A stretch of 64,000 nucleotides of DNA from contig OY968796.1 of assembly GCA_963695545.1 (NCBI GenBank), forward strand, positions 1,664,001 to 1,728,000, given 5' to 3'. Every line of letters begins with the position of its first letter. Position 1 is the stretch's first letter. The notes below the pieces were generated by a model. That model was not told the origin of the DNA, did no database searches, and saw only the letters and a list, made by a program, of their open reading frames with translations. Source of the DNA: Terriglobia bacterium (lineage in GTDB: Bacteria > Acidobacteriota > Terriglobia > Acidiferrales > UBA7541). Position numbers and translations under genes: made by a program. This document shows, in pieces, positions 60,387 through 64,000 of this stretch.

Positions 60387-61307
60387 ATGATGAAGAAGAA
60401 CACGAAATCGTTTCTGCTCATCGCATCGCTCGCATTCGTCGCGTTGGCAGCGTCGCTGGCGGCGCGCGCTGTGGCGCAGACGGCGCCTGCTGCGACGACC
60501 TCAGATCAGGCGGCGCCGTCAACGCCGATCGCCGTCAAGTACGCGCCGCCATCGCAATCGGCCGTGCTCGGCACCACGTTTGTCGATTGGGACGCGCTCA
60601 CGGTGCGCACCACCGCGAATGGCGAACAGCGCGCGGTGTTTGATAATCCCACGCCGACGCTCGAAAAACTCGAGGTTCACATTTCCACGCTAAATCCCGG
60701 CAAGATGTCGCATCCGCCGCACCAGCATCCTTGGGAAGAAATTCTCCTGGTCAAGGACGGCGAGATGGACGCCTCGATCAACGGCGTCACACATCACGCC
60801 GGCCCCGGCGCGCTGATTTTTTTCGCTTCGCACGACGTGCACAACGCGCAAAACAACGGCACCGCACCCGCCACCTACTACGTGATCAATTTCGTCACCG
60901 ACCTGGTGCACACCGTTGCCGATAAACCGGCCGCCGAACAAGCCGTCGCGGGAATGCTGCCTTCCTCGGTGCTTGACTGCAACAGCATGCCCGCCGTCGC
61001 GACAGCGACCGGTTCGCGCGCGAGCTGCGTCGATTCCCCGACGCTCACCTTCGCGCGCCTTGAGAGCCACATCACCACGCTCAACGTCGGCGCAAGCACC
61101 ATGCCCGACATCGTCGATCCGGGCGATGAACTCTTCATCGTGAAATCCGGCGCGATCGAAGCGCGCATCAACGGCGTCGCCGCGCGCATCTCCGCCGGCT
61201 CGTTCTTCTATTGCGCGCCGAATGATAAGCGCACGTTCCGAAATATCGGCGCGACGCCCGCGGTCTACCAGGTCATAAAAGTGATGTCGGATAAATCGCC
61301 CAAGTGA
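60387..61307 (+). CDS. Exported bicupin protein
   Basis: Signal peptide; HPPHQHPWEE..H motif in domain 1; domain 2 is homologous but lacks the His ligands. Confidence 0.88.
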   Translation: MMKKNTKSFLLIASLAFVALAASLAARAVAQTAPAATTSDQAAPSTPIAVKYAPPSQSAVLGTTFVDWDALTVRTTANGEQRAVFDNPTPTLEKLEVHISTLNPGKMSHPPHQHPWEEILLVKDGEMDASINGVTHHAGPGALIFFASHDVHNAQNNGTAPATYYVINFVTDLVHTVADKPAAEQAVAGMLPSSVLDCNSMPAVATATGSRASCVDSPTLTFARLESHITTLNVGASTMPDIVDPGDELFIVKSGAIEARINGVAARISAGSFFYCAPNDKRTFRNIGATPAVYQVIKVMSDKSPK

Positions 61308-61344
61308 CAACGACCGGCGCTGGGTCGCGCGCCGTTTCCTCGCT

Positions 61345-61386
61345 GTCATCCCGAGGAGTCCGCCGCGGCGGACGACGAGGGATCTG
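61345..61386 (+). repeat. REP-like element GTCATCCCGAG...GACGAGGGATCT
   Basis: Same family as 58297; internal hairpin GTCCGCCGCGGCGGAC. Confidence 0.75.
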
Positions 61387-61482
61387 CTGTTCGGTTGCGC
61401 CGAATGCGATTGGGATGCGGAGTGGTGAGTGGCGAGTCAGCAGCCTAGCAAAATGTGCGCCCGTCTTGTGCAGCAAGAACCG

Positions 61483-62718
61483 TCAGGAAGCTTTTTGAGG
61501 CGCCGCGGATCCCGCGGGCGCCGTGCCGGCCTTCAGCAGATCGAGAGCCTTGCTGAACACCGCATCGTCCTTCGCCGGCAGTTGACCCGCCGCGAGCGGC
61601 GCGGGAGTCTCCACGTTTTCGTCGCTTTGGTCCGTCGGCGGAGCAACTTCAACCGTCGCGGGCACGCCGTCCTCGATGATCGCCTTGCCGTCCGGCGCGT
61701 AGTAGTACGCCACGGTCAGGATCAGCCCCGCGCCATCGTCCAGCGGAATTTCTTTCTGCTCGGAGGCCGAACCGAAAGTCCGCTCGCCGACCAGATCGCC
61801 GCGCTTATTTTCCCCAATCGCGGCGGCGAGCACTTCGGCCGCGCCCGACGTGCTGTCCGAAATCAGCACTTCGACCGGCCCGTGCCACACGACTTTATCC
61901 GGCGCCGCGTCGAAAACTTGCTTCTCGACGGTCTGTCCGCCGAGCGAGCCGATCTCTCCGCTCGAAAGAAACAGTTGCGCCGCCGCCACGCCTTCGGAAT
62001 CGGGGCCGGTCGAGCAATCGCGCAGATCGAGCACGAGTTTCTGCGCGCCCTGATGCTGCAGCTGCACGAGTTTCGCCGAAAGCTCCGCGGCCGTGCCCGC
62101 GTCGAGCGTCGGCAGACGCACGTAGGCTGTGTCGTCGGAGACTTTGTCGGCCGTCAGGTGCGGCACGTCGGTCACTGCGCGTGTCACTTCGATTTGCTGC
62201 GGCTCGGTCGCGCCACGCCGCACCACGTCCACTTTCACGGTCGTGCCCGGCGCGCCATCGAGCAGCAAGTAAGCTTGCGGCACCGACATATCGCGCGTCG
62301 CAAAGCCGCCGACTTCCTCAAGAATATCGCCGCTGCGCAACCCGGCCTTCTCGCCCGGCCCGCCCGGCAATTCAGAAACCACGATGATGTAGCCGTAGCG
62401 CTTGGAAAGCGTCAGCCCGGTCGAAGCGTGCGTGCCGCCCTTGGTGCGGTCGCGATAATCGGAATATTCCCGCGGACTCAGGTATGCCGATTGCGCGTCG
62501 AGCGACTCGAGCAAGCCGTGCAGCGAGCCCGCCGTGACCACTGGCAAATTCGGCTCGTCCACGTAATCTTCCTGAATGTGCTGCAGCACTTCGCCGTAAA
62601 CCGTCAGCGAGCGATAGGTTTTGTCGTCGTCGCTTTTCCCCAGCAGATAACCCAGGCCGGCGTAGCCGAACACAATGATCGAAAGGGTGACGACGACGGA
62701 CTTACCGAGGCGGCTCAT
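61483..62718 (-). CDS. S41 (CtpA-like) peptidase with PDZ domain
   Basis: YVDEP..GLLESLD, PDZ, LVLDLRD, TSGAAEV, VGERTFG, LTVAYYYAPDG. Confidence 0.88.
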   Translation of the reverse strand: MSRLGKSVVVTLSIIVFGYAGLGYLLGKSDDDKTYRSLTVYGEVLQHIQEDYVDEPNLPVVTAGSLHGLLESLDAQSAYLSPREYSDYRDRTKGGTHASTGLTLSKRYGYIIVVSELPGGPGEKAGLRSGDILEEVGGFATRDMSVPQAYLLLDGAPGTTVKVDVVRRGATEPQQIEVTRAVTDVPHLTADKVSDDTAYVRLPTLDAGTAAELSAKLVQLQHQGAQKLVLDLRDCSTGPDSEGVAAAQLFLSSGEIGSLGGQTVEKQVFDAAPDKVVWHGPVEVLISDSTSGAAEVLAAAIGENKRGDLVGERTFGSASEQKEIPLDDGAGLILTVAYYYAPDGKAIIEDGVPATVEVAPPTDQSDENVETPAPLAAGQLPAKDDAVFSKALDLLKAGTAPAGSAAPQKAS

Positions 62719-62875
62719 GAGTTCGCTCGCTTTCTGAGGCCGGTATTATAACACGCCTGCCGATCGCTTCGGATGCCTCCGGCGCAGCTCGCCGGGCGAA
62801 GTCTCCGCGGCGCGGAAAGTCGCTGGGGTTTGCCGATGAAGCCGCCGGCGGGGTCGCCGGAGAAGTCGCCGTCCT

Positions 62876-63877
62876 CTAAAGCAACGCGCTCCGTGCAGAT
62901 TGGCCAAGCGGATTTTCCGCCGGCGATACCCGCGTTAGGTACGTTTGTGAGATGCGGTCCTGCCAGCACAGGTGGTCTTCGTCCCACAGTGCCCACAGGT
63001 AACCAAGCATGAAGGTTCCCGCCGAAATCATGTAGCCGAAACTCCGCCACAGCATTTGCCGCGGCGTGGGCATGTCGCCGTCGAAGGACACCACGCGCAG
63101 CCCGCGCATCATCATCCCCGGCGTCGAGCCGCCGAACACCGTGAAGAGCATGAAGTATTGCGCGTAAAAAAGTCCTAGCGTCGCGACGGCGATCGCCGCG
63201 TCCATACGTGTCAGCGTGAATCGCCCGCCCAGCGCGCAGAACAGCGCCAGAATTCCCCCGAATGTAAACAACAGCACCACTGCGTCGAGCACTGCCGCGA
63301 TGCGCCGATCCGCCAGCGAAGCCACGGGGCGCAGCATTTGCGCGCCGCTCGATTCCAGAGCGCCGATCCGCGCCGCGCTCTGCCGCGCAGCGCCGTCCCA
63401 ATCCAGATTCGGCTGCTCAATGGAAATCTCTACGCGCGTGTTGCCGTTGCTCGCGCTCGCGTTGCGCTCCGCGCGGGCACGCGCTCCCGGCGATTGCACC
63501 GCCGGCGACGGCGGCAGCCAATCCACCGGCCCATCGCCGGCCCCGCGGTCCGCATCAATCTCTCGTTCCGCCTCCGCCGTGCGCGCGGAAGCAAATGGCA
63601 GCGCCGTCTGCCCTTCCGGTTGCCGCAAAGTGCGGCGACGAACTCTGTAAGCTGCAAGCCGTGAGTGAACTTCCCGCTGCCAATCGTGCTCGATGGCCAG
63701 ATTGCCGTCGGTCGGCGCCACTTCGACCGCGGTTCGCCGCGCCGGCGCAGACACGGACGCAGGCGCGGATGCGCGCACGGATCGCTCGGATGCCGGGCTC
63801 AGGCCAAAATCGCAGAAGCAGCAGGTCGCCGCCTGCTGTTCATTGAGGGCGCCACATTGCGGACAGGTTCTTATCAA
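62876..63877 (-). CDS. RDD family membrane protein with N-terminal zinc ribbon
   Basis: CPQCG..CCFC; ASLADRRIAAVLD..STPGM..LRVV..QDRISQT. Confidence 0.88.
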   Translation of the reverse strand: MIRTCPQCGALNEQQAATCCFCDFGLSPASERSVRASAPASVSAPARRTAVEVAPTDGNLAIEHDWQREVHSRLAAYRVRRRTLRQPEGQTALPFASARTAEAEREIDADRGAGDGPVDWLPPSPAVQSPGARARAERNASASNGNTRVEISIEQPNLDWDGAARQSAARIGALESSGAQMLRPVASLADRRIAAVLDAVVLLFTFGGILALFCALGGRFTLTRMDAAIAVATLGLFYAQYFMLFTVFGGSTPGMMMRGLRVVSFDGDMPTPRQMLWRSFGYMISAGTFMLGYLWALWDEDHLCWQDRISQTYLTRVSPAENPLGQSARSALL

Positions 63878-63919
63878 TCGTCGTTTTGCGCTGCGGGCGC
63901 TCTACGAGACTCGTGCATT

Positions 63920-64000
63920 TTAGCAGCGATCCTCGCGCCGCCCAGCGCCGATGCGCGCCGTGTCGCCAATCGAACAACCCTCCGCGATCTGAACATCCCA
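63920..64000 (-). CDS. C-terminal end of a gene entering the window (hexapeptide-repeat-like)
   Basis: WDVQIAEGCSIGDTARIGAG...TAA; only 26 codons visible. Confidence 0.4.
   Translation of the reverse strand, partial: WDVQIAEGCSIGDTARIGAGRREDRC

Overview
GC-rich bacterial chromosome segment whose gene families and repeats suggest Acidobacteriota (inference). Layout: (1) 1-18.2 kb, a Wzx/Wzy-type surface-polysaccharide locus with five GT4 glycosyltransferases, a carbamoyltransferase, an AsnB amidotransferase, a WecA-like initiating transferase, an epimerase, a PEP-CTERM protein and a decayed membrane-protein gene. (2) About 18.2-38.2 kb, an accessory, pseudogene-rich island. It holds an M48-like protein, a decayed duplicate of the asnB-GT4 pair, a phage-free five-gene recombination-like operon (SSAP-like, SSB-like, Cas4-like nuclease, unknown, HNH) opposite an XRE repressor, three PilZ genes, a RiPP-like operon (large exported protein, precursor peptide, S24/S26 peptidase, HPrK-like kinase, PqqD/RRE, radical SAM-SPASM, nucleotidyltransferase) and an IS3 relic. 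A ~120-bp element with an ACCGAAA-N4-TTTCGGT palindrome brackets the PilZ-RiPP block in inverted orientation. (3) 38-45 kb, sugar-nucleotide and housekeeping genes (FAD oxidoreductase, ugd, uxs, YdcF, a 540-bp tandem duplication, fabH). (4) 46-52.6 kb, a second cargo region where one ~120-bp promoter-plus-leader module precedes three unrelated genes, plus DUF899, a cytochrome P460-family protein and two Tat-exported hydrolases. (5) 53-64 kb, GAF-GGDEF-HD-GYP, gltX, cyaY, a HigBA-type toxin-antitoxin pair, a bicupin, an S41 peptidase and an RDD protein. I found no rRNA, tRNA or CRISPR array. All family calls come from motif recognition by eye, not database searches.
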